From: an uncultured cyanobacterium
GTDB lineage: Bacteria > Cyanobacteriota > Cyanobacteriia > Cyanobacteriales > Nostocaceae
Assembly: GCA_963706595.1 (NCBI GenBank)
Contig: OY970166.1
Location: 2,912,001-2,976,000 of the forward strand
Length of the DNA: 64,000 bases
Reading direction: 5' to 3'
The notes beneath the pieces were generated by a model. It did no database searches. It saw nothing but the letters and a program-made list of their open reading frames with translations, and had not been told where the DNA came from. The position numbers and the translations under genes were made by a program. This document shows positions 11,634-21,071 of the stretch, piece after piece. How positions within the stretch are numbered: position 1 is the first letter of the stretch; each line of letters starts with the position of its first letter.

Positions 11634-12902
11634 ATGGCAAAAGAACGCCCACCACTAGAGGAGATGACATTAAGGCAATTACGAAAAGTTGCCAGTGAAT
11701 ATAGCATCTCTCGCTATAGCCGAATGCGTAAATCTCAATTGCTGGCAGCGATTCAAGAAGTCCAGCGCAGCAAAATATCGCTTAGTCCAACTCGTTCACT
11801 GGAGGCACAGGAAACCGTGGAAGCAGCAAAATTTGAATTAGGTCAAGAAGACCGGACTGGTGGTTCTTTGGCGGATGTTGATGAAGGACTTGCAGACCTA
11901 CCACAAGGTTATGGTGAAAGCCGGATTGTACTTTTACCCCGCGACCCTCAATGGGCTTATACCTACTGGGATATTCCCCATGAACACAAAGCGGAACTAC
12001 GGCAGCAAGGGGGACAGCAACTAGCATTACGGATATATGATGTTACCGACATCGATATTGACAACCAAAGCCCTCACAGCATTCAAGAATATCCGGCTGA
12101 CGAACTGGCCAGAGAATGGTATATTCCCATTCCAGTGAGCGATCGCGATTATGTTATAGATATTGGCTACCGTACTGCTGATGGTCGTTGGTTAGTATTG
12201 GCACGTTCTGCGAGAGTACACATTCCTCCCGTTTATCCATCTGACTGGATTGAAGATGCCTTTGTGACTGTCAATTTTGAAGAAGATTTACGTGGTCAAA
12301 CTGTTTACGAATTAGTCCCCCCTGCGAAGAAAGCAGCAGCCGCAGCTTCAGCAGGAGTAGCAGTAAATGGTAACAGTAACCCCATATACGAAGAAATCTT
12401 TGGCTTGGCTGAATCTGCTGAATCACAACGAGTTGCTGGTTCTATCTTCGGTTCCATGCACCAAGTACCAGGTTCTGCACGTCCTGAAGAGGCGATTAGT
12501 TCCTACGTTTTCCCCTCTGGTGTGGGGATGTGGGCGGTTCCCACTGCGTCTGGTTTAACCATGTCTGGTGCGGGTATGTCTGGTGCGGGCTTCTCGGCTG
12601 GCGTACCAATGAGTCCCCGCAAATTCTGGTTAGTTGCTGACGCTGAGTTGATTGTCTACGGTGCAACTGAACCTGATGCAACTGTTACTATTGGCGGTCG
12701 TCAAATTAAGCTAAATCCAGATGGGACATTCCGCTTCCAAATGTCTTTCCAAGATGGTTTAATTGACTATCCAATTGTGGGTGTGGCGGCTGATGGTGAA
12801 CAAACACGATCAATTCAAATGAAGTTTAATCGTGAGACTCCATCTCGAAATACCAATACGAAGGATGAAGCTGTTGTAGAATGGTCTCCCTTCAGTCGCT
12901 GA
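11634..12902 (+). CDS. DUF4912 domain protein with Rho-N-like domain
   Basis: MTLRQLRKVA..YSRMRKSQL, LLPRDPQWAYTYWD, FWLVADAELIVYGATEP. Confidence 0.85.
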   Translation: MAKERPPLEEMTLRQLRKVASEYSISRYSRMRKSQLLAAIQEVQRSKISLSPTRSLEAQETVEAAKFELGQEDRTGGSLADVDEGLADLPQGYGESRIVLLPRDPQWAYTYWDIPHEHKAELRQQGGQQLALRIYDVTDIDIDNQSPHSIQEYPADELAREWYIPIPVSDRDYVIDIGYRTADGRWLVLARSARVHIPPVYPSDWIEDAFVTVNFEEDLRGQTVYELVPPAKKAAAAASAGVAVNGNSNPIYEEIFGLAESAESQRVAGSIFGSMHQVPGSARPEEAISSYVFPSGVGMWAVPTASGLTMSGAGMSGAGFSAGVPMSPRKFWLVADAELIVYGATEPDATVTIGGRQIKLNPDGTFRFQMSFQDGLIDYPIVGVAADGEQTRSIQMKFNRETPSRNTNTKDEAVVEWSPFSR

Positions 12903-12927
12903 TGGTGAATTGAGAATTTAAAGTATT

Positions 12928-12958
12928 CCCCGCTATATTAATTTTATGGCGGGTTTTT
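12928..12958 (+). terminator. Probable intrinsic terminator
   Basis: cccgctata...tatggcggg stem followed by a T-run, just after the DUF4912 stop. Confidence 0.6.
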
Positions 12959-13014
12959 GTTTGTTTTTTGGAGAATCATTTCACCCCACCCCCAGCCCCT
13001 CCCCGCAAGCGAGG

Positions 13015-13169
13015 CTACGGTGTACACACAAGTCAGGAAATTCTCTTTTGCGTCATAAAACCCCACCCCTAGCCCCTCCCCGCAAGCGAGGAGGGGAACA
13101 AGATTTCTGATTAAATCTTGTTTTTAGGGCTGGAAACTCTTTTTGGCTGAGGATGTGTGTACACGGTAG
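13015..13169. mobile_element. MITE (CTACGGTGTACACACA termini), 155 bp
   Basis: TIR ctacggtgtacacaca / tgtgtgtacacggtag; flanking direct repeat caagcgagg at 13006-13014 and 13171-13179. Confidence 0.85.
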
Positions 13170-13284
13170 ACAAGCGAGGAGGGGAGAATATGAGACAGAA
13201 AATCTCTGAAACTTTCATTACTCTGTGTTCTCTGCGTCCTCTGTGGTTCGTTCTTTCATAAAAATCAGAGGAAAGCGCCAAGAA

Positions 13285-13942
13285 TTAAACCTTAGCTAAA
13301 CTTTGGGCTTTTAAATAAGTAAATACAGATTTATCGCCAATATCTGGCGGAATGGCTTGGAATGCTTTACGCAGTGCAAATATTAGAAACAAAATTGGAC
13401 CAAGTTCCTAATAAGATTTGTTCCCAGTGAGTTGGTAAAATTCCTACTAAATGTCCCAGTAAAAGTATCGGTACTATGAAAGTTAATAACTTAGTTTCTA
13501 GGCGATTAAAGCAAAAAGCTTCTTTGAAAAAAATACCTGTTAATGCTACGAAGGTAAAACCTATGCCAAATAATGTTAGCGGTTGGTTGTAAACTGCGAT
13601 CGCTAAAGGTTCACTACTAGACAATGCCAGTACTACTGCTGATATACTGCCGATAGCCCAAAAAACTTGTAATAGTCGGTGCAGAAATGCCATGTAAATG
13701 TGAATGGTTAATAAGCTGATACCTAGACCCAGACTAAAACAGGCATATAAAGGAGTGAGTGCGGCTATAGTATGAGGATTATTGTTGAATAGAACCAAGG
13801 CGCTGCTTATAGCAAAGCTGATTGCTGCTACCATTAACCCAGCCCGGTAGATAATCACGCCTGTGCGATCGCTATCATCAACTGTAAATTCCCCAAACTG
13901 ACCTTGATAAACTTCTGGTGTCGATAGTGTTTGTGTATTCAT
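13285..13942 (-). pseudogene. DUF2301 family membrane protein, frameshift near the C-terminus (~13397)
   Basis: YQGQFGEF, IHIY, FKEAFCFNRLE; removing one base at TGG TCC AAT restores ..WSILFLIFALRKAFQAIPPDIGDKSVF..KV* ending at 13285. Confidence 0.75.
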
Positions 13943-13995
13943 GTTTAGTGAATTTTGTCAATAGTATTTCAACGGAAAATTTAATTTTCTCAATT

Positions 13996-14817
13996 CTATG
14001 CGGTTTGGTTTGACTCCAAGTATAAAATTTGTAACGCATCTCGCCAGTTAATCTGCAACTGTGAGGAAGCATTACCGCTATTGATGGCAATTTCTACCCA
14101 GCCATGACTACCAACTAAAGCGGCTACTTCTCCCACTTTAACATCACTATAAGTTTCACATCCCGGTATAATCATCCCAGCCGCTTGCACACACCAACTT
14201 TTACCTTGCAGATATTTTCCGGGAATATTGCTGACTAAGTTGCCAAAATAATCAATATATTGAATACAACCTTTGACATCGGAATGAGTTTGTTGACATT
14301 CGCCTATCTCCAACTGTACCAAAGTGGCTGGATCGATTTCTTTTCCTAGCTGTTTTAAAGCGACACCACTAGCAAGATGAGCGCCCACAGGTGCAAAAAT
14401 ATCTCTACCGTGAAAAGTTTTGCTGGGTTCAGGTGTGCGCCAATAGTTAGTGTTTGTGAGTTCAACGGTATGAATGGCTGGACTTTGACTAAGTATGCCA
14501 CTAAATATGCCATTATCTGGACCTACCAGAAAACCTTGAGCAAATTCTACCGCGATCGCTCTGCGCCTACCACCCACTCCCGGATCTACCACCGCCACGT
14601 ATACTGTACCCACGGGGAAATAGGGGTAAACATTGATTAGACAAAACCTAGCTGCGGCGATATTTTGCGGCGGAATCTGGTGTGTCAAGTCTACTACCCT
14701 AATCTGGGCATTGATTTGAGCCACAACTCCTTTCATGACACTAACATAAACATCGCGATCGCCAAAATCGCTCATGAGTGCCAGGAGTGATGCTTGATTT
14801 ATTTGTTGTTCAGGCAT
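13996..14817 (-). CDS. SAM hydroxide adenosyltransferase / chlorinase-fluorinase family (DUF62)
   Basis: SDFG, DLTH, VVDPGVG, GPDNG, TFHGRDIFAP, IDYFGN. Confidence 0.92.
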   Translation of the reverse strand: MPEQQINQASLLALMSDFGDRDVYVSVMKGVVAQINAQIRVVDLTHQIPPQNIAAARFCLINVYPYFPVGTVYVAVVDPGVGGRRRAIAVEFAQGFLVGPDNGIFSGILSQSPAIHTVELTNTNYWRTPEPSKTFHGRDIFAPVGAHLASGVALKQLGKEIDPATLVQLEIGECQQTHSDVKGCIQYIDYFGNLVSNIPGKYLQGKSWCVQAAGMIIPGCETYSDVKVGEVAALVGSHGWVEIAINSGNASSQLQINWRDALQILYLESNQTA

Positions 14818-14854
14818 GGCTTAATGATGAAATTATATTAAGACACAATTTTCT

Positions 14855-14868
14855 GTATCGACAGATAC
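14855..14868 (+). promoter_or_regulatory. NtcA-binding site upstream of pirA (probable repressor position)
   Basis: Perfect GTA-N8-TAC (GTATCGACAGATAC), 6 nt before a TATGAT -10-like box at 14875-14880. Confidence 0.7.
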
Positions 14869-14924
14869 TAAAAATATGATATGTTAAGAATACCAGACAT
14901 AAAAAATTAAACAGGAGTATTATT

Positions 14925-15080
14925 ATGAGTCAGAATAGACTACAAGCTATCAGTCAAGCCCAAGAAGCTCATAGAGCGAATATTCAAAAAAGCCTAGAGC
15001 ATCGCTTGCAAGTAGCCAAGGCTAAGAGTGACGATCGGCTAATTCATCAACTCGAAGCTGAAATCAAATATATTCGTTGA
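14925..15080 (+). CDS. pirA: PII-interacting regulator of arginine synthesis PirA (Ssr0692-like), 51 aa; absent from the ORF track
   Basis: AGGAG RBS; MSQNRLQAISQAQEAHRANIQKSLEHRLQVAKAKSDDRLIHQLEAEIKYIR; NtcA box upstream and terminator downstream. Confidence 0.85.
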   Translation: MSQNRLQAISQAQEAHRANIQKSLEHRLQVAKAKSDDRLIHQLEAEIKYIR

Positions 15081-15113
15081 ATAAAAAATTTATACTTCCT
15101 AGTTTTTTTGTGT

Positions 15114-15138
15114 AAAACCCAGCTTCGGCTGGTTTTTT
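15114..15138 (+). terminator. Intrinsic terminator of pirA
   Basis: ccagc-ttcg-gctgg hairpin with T-tail. Confidence 0.75.
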
Positions 15139-15207
15139 AATGCATGGAAAAATCAAACACAAAAGTCTTTCTCAAGTCTCAATGATGCAAAGATATGGGA
15201 CAGCGTT

Positions 15208-16584
15208 ATGGAAAAAAAGATGCTGACCAAATCGCATATCCGCACCGAAATTAATGAGTTTATTAAACTGGCGATTCCGTTAGCTGGCGCTCAAGTGGCT
15301 CAAGCTGGTGTTGGGTTCGTAGACACCATTATGATGGGGCAACTGGGAGCAGAAAGTTTGGCAGCTGGTGGATTGGCATCTACATCATTTCAGTTTGTCT
15401 TGAATACGTCGAGTGGTGTAGTTATAGCAGTTAGTCTGCTAGTGGCTGAAGCACAGGGAGCAGGTGACAAAAGGCAAATTGAGCAAATTGTCCGCCAGGG
15501 GCTTTGGCTGTCTCTGATTCTGGGCATTCCCATGATGTTGCTAGTAGGGCATCTAAATTCTGTGATGCTTCACCTGGGACAAGCTGCATCAACGGTGAGA
15601 TTAGCACAGGGCTATCTCAACTTTGTTTTGTGGGGAATATTCCCAAGCTTGGGATTTATCATGCTCAGAGGCTATGTTTCAGCCCTTTCTCAAGCGAGTG
15701 TAGTCTTACCACTGGTGATTCTGGGAACATTAGTGAATGTAGCAGGTAACTATGTTCTCGGCTATGGTAAGTTTGGTTTTCCGCGAATGGAATTGGCAGG
15801 ACTGGGGTTAGCCAGCGCCATTGGGTTATGGACAATGTTCTTAGGATTGCTGATTTACACCCGCCTTCACCCACAACTCAAGCAGTATCCATTCTGGCGG
15901 AATTTACATCAACTTAGACCGAAAATTCTTCAGCAGTTGGCTAGAATTGGCGTGGCGATCGCAGTCACAATTGCGGTGGAGTACGGGTTATTTACAGCAG
16001 TGACGTTTTTTATGGGAACATTGGGAGTTGAGGTCTTAGCGGCTCACCAAACGGTTTATCAAACCATGATGTTGATTTTCATGGTTCCATTAGGGATGTC
16101 CTATGCCGTCACAGTCAGGGTGGGGTTTTGGTTGGGACAACAAAATATTGCCGGCGCTCGAAGAGCAGGATACGTAGGTGTAACTATTGCTGGCGCTTTT
16201 ATGATTTTGACAGCGATTGTGCTGCTCAGTTATCCACAACAGATAATTGGTATTTATTTAGACATTAATCAACCAGCGAATGCAGAGTTATTCCAGCTGG
16301 CGATGCCGATGTTGTTCATCTCGGCATTATCACAATTCTGGGATGGAGTACAACGGGTGGCTATGGGCGCATTATATGGACTTCAAGATACACAAGTCCC
16401 CATGTTGTTGAGTATTTTAAGTTTTTGGGGAATTGGCTTAACTAGTGGCTATGTGCTGGGATTCCCTCTAGGATTTGGCGGAGTGGGATTATGGGTTGGA
16501 CAGTCTTTTGGCGTAGCGATCGCGGGGATGATTTTCCTCTGGCGTTTTCACAGACTCACGTTTAAGCTGAAAACGCTCTTGTAG
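15208..16584 (+). CDS. MATE family efflux transporter (NorM-like)
   Basis: VDTIMMGQLG, GKFGFPRMELAGLGLA, about 12 hydrophobic segments. Confidence 0.92.
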   Translation: MEKKMLTKSHIRTEINEFIKLAIPLAGAQVAQAGVGFVDTIMMGQLGAESLAAGGLASTSFQFVLNTSSGVVIAVSLLVAEAQGAGDKRQIEQIVRQGLWLSLILGIPMMLLVGHLNSVMLHLGQAASTVRLAQGYLNFVLWGIFPSLGFIMLRGYVSALSQASVVLPLVILGTLVNVAGNYVLGYGKFGFPRMELAGLGLASAIGLWTMFLGLLIYTRLHPQLKQYPFWRNLHQLRPKILQQLARIGVAIAVTIAVEYGLFTAVTFFMGTLGVEVLAAHQTVYQTMMLIFMVPLGMSYAVTVRVGFWLGQQNIAGARRAGYVGVTIAGAFMILTAIVLLSYPQQIIGIYLDINQPANAELFQLAMPMLFISALSQFWDGVQRVAMGALYGLQDTQVPMLLSILSFWGIGLTSGYVLGFPLGFGGVGLWVGQSFGVAIAGMIFLWRFHRLTFKLKTLL

Positions 16585-16661
16585 AGACGCGATACCAGTC
16601 GCGACAACTTCAGGAAAGTTGGCAACGTCCTGGCCATTAATCGCATCTCTACTCAGAAATT

Positions 16662-16775
16662 TTAACCGCCCAATTCGTTGGGGCGCTTGTATTGCTGATA
16701 GGCGGCGAAAAATAGCCCAGCCAGAGTAACCACAATCAGACCAAGGACAATACCGGATAGCAAGGGTTCAACCAC
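16662..16775 (-). CDS. petG: Cytochrome b6f subunit V (PetG); absent from the ORF track
   Basis: GTG start: (M)[36 protein letters not shown]. Confidence 0.95.
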   Translation of the reverse strand: MVEPLLSGIVLGLIVVTLAGLFFAAYQQYKRPNELGG

Positions 16776-16985
16776 TTTCAGTCTCCTGTTTACAATTGTT
16801 CAATATTCGTTTCTGCTGTTCATTCTACCAAACACTTGTGATGAATCCCTAGTCCGACAATGCTTTGGCAAGACTAATGATCATAAAGAAATTATCATTT
16901 GTGCTTGCAGACACGATCAAGAACTTTTAAGCTATGTGTAGGAAATGAAAAATTTTTAGTACACTCCACTTCTACGGCAAACCTT

Positions 16986-17360
16986 TTGGAAAACCAGATT
17001 ACCAAACCGGAAACTCTGATTCAGTGGATCGCCTTGTCGGCTCTGGTGATACTGCTAGCAGCCCCTTTGGGCATTTTTGGTGTTCAAATGGTTAGAGCTT
17101 CTGATCCTTACGTGAAGAATGTCTTTTCCCTCAAAGGAGACTCAGTTCAAGGACACGCGATCTTTCAAATTAACTGCGCTGCTTGTCATGGACCCGAAGC
17201 CGATGGGCTAGTTGGTCCGAGTTTGCAAGGCGTATCAAAGCGCAAGTCACAATATAAGCTGATTCATCAAGTGATTAGTGGCGAAACACCGCCAATGCCA
17301 AAATTCCAACCTAGCGTTCAAGAAATGGCAGATTTATTGAGCTATTTGGAAACGCTGTAA
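16986..17360 (+). CDS. cytM: Cytochrome cM
   Basis: TM helix then NCAACH heme motif, VGPSL, TPPMPKFQP; TTG start at 16986 is inferred. Confidence 0.85.
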   Translation: MENQITKPETLIQWIALSALVILLAAPLGIFGVQMVRASDPYVKNVFSLKGDSVQGHAIFQINCAACHGPEADGLVGPSLQGVSKRKSQYKLIHQVISGETPPMPKFQPSVQEMADLLSYLETL

Positions 17361-17656
17361 TTTAGATTCGGATAATTTTTATACCTATGTATTGATATTT
17401 AAACTTAAAGATGTATCCGATTTTTTGTCTACATAGAGAAAAGGAAACATTAGTTTGTCAAGTTTTATAGCTAAATTACGGGTACGAACACTCATACCAA
17501 TTTGGGATTGGGAAGTCCCAAAAGTCTTGATTACAAGGCTGTTATAGAAGTATAGAATCATATTATCCTTTCCTATTTGCGATCAGAGATTCACTCTCAA
17601 CGCAGCTCGATATGTAAATTCGATATAAAATCTAAAACTTAAAATCAAAAATTACA

Positions 17657-19048
17657 ATGGCAACCCTAACTCCTAATTCTAGTTTTAGTTTGACCCTGCG
17701 TTTGCAAATTCCCAACCGTGTGGGGATGTTAGCATCAATTACCCAGGCGATCGCATCTTGTGGCGGTAATCTCGGTCAAATCGATTTAATTGAACAAACC
17801 CGGCATGAATCTACCCGTGATATTACTGTAGATGCAGCTAGTACCGAACACGCCGAGACTATTGTGCAAGCAGTGAAAGCATTGCCAGATATTAAGTTGC
17901 TCAGTGTTTATGACCGCACCTTTAATTTGCATCGTGGGGGCAAAATTGGCATTGTCAGCCGCATTCCCATCAAGAGTGTTTCTGATTTAGCAATGGCTTA
18001 TACTCCTGGAGTTGGTCGAATTTGTACAGCGATCGCTCAAGACCCAGAGGAAGTTTACAGTTTAACCATTAAACAAAACACCGTCGCCATTGTTACCGAT
18101 GGTAGTGCCGTTTTGGGTTTGGGAAATCTGGGACCCTCTGCGGCTTTACCAGTCATGGAAGGGAAAGCGATGCTATTCAAAGAATTTGCGGGGCTTGATG
18201 CTTTCCCCATCTGTCTCGACACCCAAGATACAGATGAAATTGTGCGGACAGTCAAACATCTGGCTCCCGTTTTTGGTGGTGTCAACTTAGAAGATATTGC
18301 TGCGCCCCGTTGCTTTGAAATCGAAAAAAGATTACGAGCCGAACTAAATATCCCAGTGTTTCATGATGACCAACATGGTACAGCCATTGTTACCTTAGCA
18401 GCCTTGTTTAACGCCTTAAAACTTGTCAATAAGTCAATAGCAGAAATCCGGATTGTGATTAATGGTGCTGGTGCGGCTGGAGTGGCGATCGCGCGGTTAC
18501 TTCGCAAAGCTGGAGCCGAAAAAATCTGGATGTGCGACTCCAAAGGAATTATCTCTACCAGCCGCACTGATTTGACCCCAGAGAAGCAAGAATTCGCCGT
18601 TAAAGCCCAGGGTACACTGGGGGGTGCAATGCAAGGCGCAGATGTGTTCATCGGCGTAAGCGCACCCGGAGTATTGACAGTGGAAATGGTGCAAGCAATG
18701 GCTAAGGACCCGATTGTGTTTGCTATGGCTAATCCCATTCCCGAAATTCAGCCCGAATTAGTCAGTAAAATTGTCGCTGTTATGGCCACAGGTCGCAGTG
18801 ACTACCCGAATCAAATTAATAACGTCTTGGCTTTTCCGGGAGTATTTCGTGGGGCTTTAGATTGTCGCGCCCAGACAATTACCACTACCATGTGTTTAGA
18901 AGCAGCCAGTGCGATCGCCTCCTTAGTCAAACCTTCAGACTTAAATCGGGAACACATCATCCCATCAGTCTTTGATCAACGGGTTGCGCCTGCTGTAGCT
19001 GCGGCTGTCCAACAAGCCGCCCGTCAAGAAGGAATCGCCAAGAGTTAA
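17657..19048 (+). CDS. Malic enzyme with N-terminal ACT domain
   Basis: AYTPGVG, VTDGSAVLGLG, PVMEGK, NLEDI, FHDDQHGT, GAGAAG, TGRSDYPNQINN. Confidence 0.95.
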   Translation: MATLTPNSSFSLTLRLQIPNRVGMLASITQAIASCGGNLGQIDLIEQTRHESTRDITVDAASTEHAETIVQAVKALPDIKLLSVYDRTFNLHRGGKIGIVSRIPIKSVSDLAMAYTPGVGRICTAIAQDPEEVYSLTIKQNTVAIVTDGSAVLGLGNLGPSAALPVMEGKAMLFKEFAGLDAFPICLDTQDTDEIVRTVKHLAPVFGGVNLEDIAAPRCFEIEKRLRAELNIPVFHDDQHGTAIVTLAALFNALKLVNKSIAEIRIVINGAGAAGVAIARLLRKAGAEKIWMCDSKGIISTSRTDLTPEKQEFAVKAQGTLGGAMQGADVFIGVSAPGVLTVEMVQAMAKDPIVFAMANPIPEIQPELVSKIVAVMATGRSDYPNQINNVLAFPGVFRGALDCRAQTITTTMCLEAASAIASLVKPSDLNREHIIPSVFDQRVAPAVAAAVQQAARQEGIAKS

Positions 19049-19123
19049 TTCCTCCTTGTAGAGACGCGATTTATCGCGTCTTCTTGATTTATATTCTTGA
19101 TCGCATCCCTATTTTTAACTCTC

Positions 19124-20125
19124 TTATTTCAAAGGAATAAAACCAGCACGTTCAACAGCCTGTTGTCCTGGAGGAGATAAAGCCAACTCCACAAATTGCT
19201 TAACGGCTGGGCTAGTTTTACGTGGTACTGCTAAATAAACAACGCGACTAATTGGGTAAGTACCATTTTTAACTAAAGCTTTATCTGTCGGCGATATCCC
19301 ATTAATAGGAACAATGCGAACACTTTGCTGATTTTCAATTTGAGTCACAGTGCTATAGCTAATACCGTCATTACCTAAAGCCCGTAAAATAGGCGTAGTT
19401 TCATCTTGCAGCACCGTAGTAAAATTACCACCATCAGGAGCAAAAGCTTTACCAGAAAGTACTGCCTCCTGAAAGAATGAATGAGTCCCACTGTCACGAG
19501 AACGGTTAATCACCTTTATAGGTAGATTCGGTCCACCCACTTCCGACCAGTTGGTGATTTGTCCGAGAAAAATTAAACGCAACTGTTCTACAGTTAATCC
19601 CCCTTTGTATGGGTTATTAATACCTACCGCCACAGCTAAACCATCACGCGCAATAGGTACTCCCACAATTCCTGCTGACAATTCGCTACCATTCAGGGGA
19701 CGTGAACTAGCTGCCATTAATACTTTGCCATCAATCAGGTTTTTTAATCCCGCATTAGTACCATTAGGTTTACCATCAGGCATCCCGTAAGTTGTGGGTA
19801 AATTAGGATTTAAAAAATTATAGGCAATCTGAAACTGTTTAACTAGAGTGACTATAGTTACACTGCCATCAATGCTTAAAACTGTTGGGTTTGGTAAACT
19901 TGCATCTAAACTTCCTACATCAAAACCTTGAACTGGACTAGATTCAGACCCAGAAGATTGATCCTTATTTAAAGCTTGCGATGCATTCTGATTGGGTTCT
20001 ATAGAATTTGGTGTTAGTCCAGGCAATAGTTTGAAGTACCACAAACCCAATCCTAAAACTCCACCAGTGAGCAATAGAGTCAGCACCAGTATAAGTATTT
20101 CTCTATTTTTGCTGTTTGTAGACAT
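19124..20125 (-). CDS. PstS-family phosphate-binding protein, membrane anchored
   Basis: IDGS, AASSRPL, ITNWSEVGG, SGT, YPISR. Confidence 0.85.
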   Translation of the reverse strand: MSTNSKNREILILVLTLLLTGGVLGLGLWYFKLLPGLTPNSIEPNQNASQALNKDQSSGSESSPVQGFDVGSLDASLPNPTVLSIDGSVTIVTLVKQFQIAYNFLNPNLPTTYGMPDGKPNGTNAGLKNLIDGKVLMAASSRPLNGSELSAGIVGVPIARDGLAVAVGINNPYKGGLTVEQLRLIFLGQITNWSEVGGPNLPIKVINRSRDSGTHSFFQEAVLSGKAFAPDGGNFTTVLQDETTPILRALGNDGISYSTVTQIENQQSVRIVPINGISPTDKALVKNGTYPISRVVYLAVPRKTSPAVKQFVELALSPPGQQAVERAGFIPLK

Positions 20126-20306
20126 ATTTTAGTATTGACCCTAATTTACCAACTTGATAGAGGTTTCCAGCTACCACCCAAAGGTTATTTTGTCATACTT
20201 TTAATACAATTGCCCTCTGAAAAATTCCGGATTTGACAGTGGATAACCAGCTAGACGCACCGGAAACTGTTTCTCAGATAGGTATCAATGTCGGGCTACA
20301 GTATTT

Positions 20307-21053
20307 CTATTCTGCGTTCAAAAATTCTAAATACCCTTTGCTGAGTTCTTTCACCGCTAAGTCATAAAATTGCTTACCGTGTTCTGGGGTTGCTAAAGCC
20401 GGATTTGAACCCATGCGTCCGTCTGGGTAACTTTTACGGAAGTCAGTTGCACTATAAATTCTGTGTCCACTGGCAACTTCTGGTGAGAGGGGTGCTTGTT
20501 TTATGGACTCTGGATAAATATACTGGGTAAGGGCGACTTCACTAGGAGTTGCATGAGAGCCTTCTTGGTCGCCATATAATTCTTTAGCGAGTTTGTATAC
20601 AGAACCGCACATAAACCAGTTAGCTACTTGACATTGTACCTGTTGGGCGTTGGCAATCTGCAAATCTTCCAAATGTGCGTAAGTTTCCGAAAAAGCAGCT
20701 TTGAGGGTGGCAATATTACCGCCGTGTCCGTTGATAAAATAGAATTTGGCAAAACCAGCTTTAGTTAAACAGGTGATGTAATCTCGTACTACCTGAATCA
20801 TCGTACTGGGACGCAGACTTATTGTGCCAGGAAAAGCGGTATGATGTAATGCCATGCCCACATTGATTGTAGGACCAATGAGCGCTTGAGTTGCTTCACC
20901 TACACCACGTGCGATCGCCTCTGCACAAATCGCATCAGTCCCAATTAAACCTGTGGGACCATGTTGTTCAGTAGAACCAATGGGGAGAATAATACCCCGT
21001 GATTGTTGTAAATAAGCTTCAACTTCTGTCCAAGTGCTTAAATGTAGTTGCAT
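20307..21053 (-). CDS. Creatininase family protein
   Basis: PIGSTEQHGP, GTD, INGHGGN, HA..E. Confidence 0.92.
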   Translation of the reverse strand: MQLHLSTWTEVEAYLQQSRGIILPIGSTEQHGPTGLIGTDAICAEAIARGVGEATQALIGPTINVGMALHHTAFPGTISLRPSTMIQVVRDYITCLTKAGFAKFYFINGHGGNIATLKAAFSETYAHLEDLQIANAQQVQCQVANWFMCGSVYKLAKELYGDQEGSHATPSEVALTQYIYPESIKQAPLSPEVASGHRIYSATDFRKSYPDGRMGSNPALATPEHGKQFYDLAVKELSKGYLEFLNAE

Positions 21054-21071
21054 TTTGCAGAAAAATCTAGA

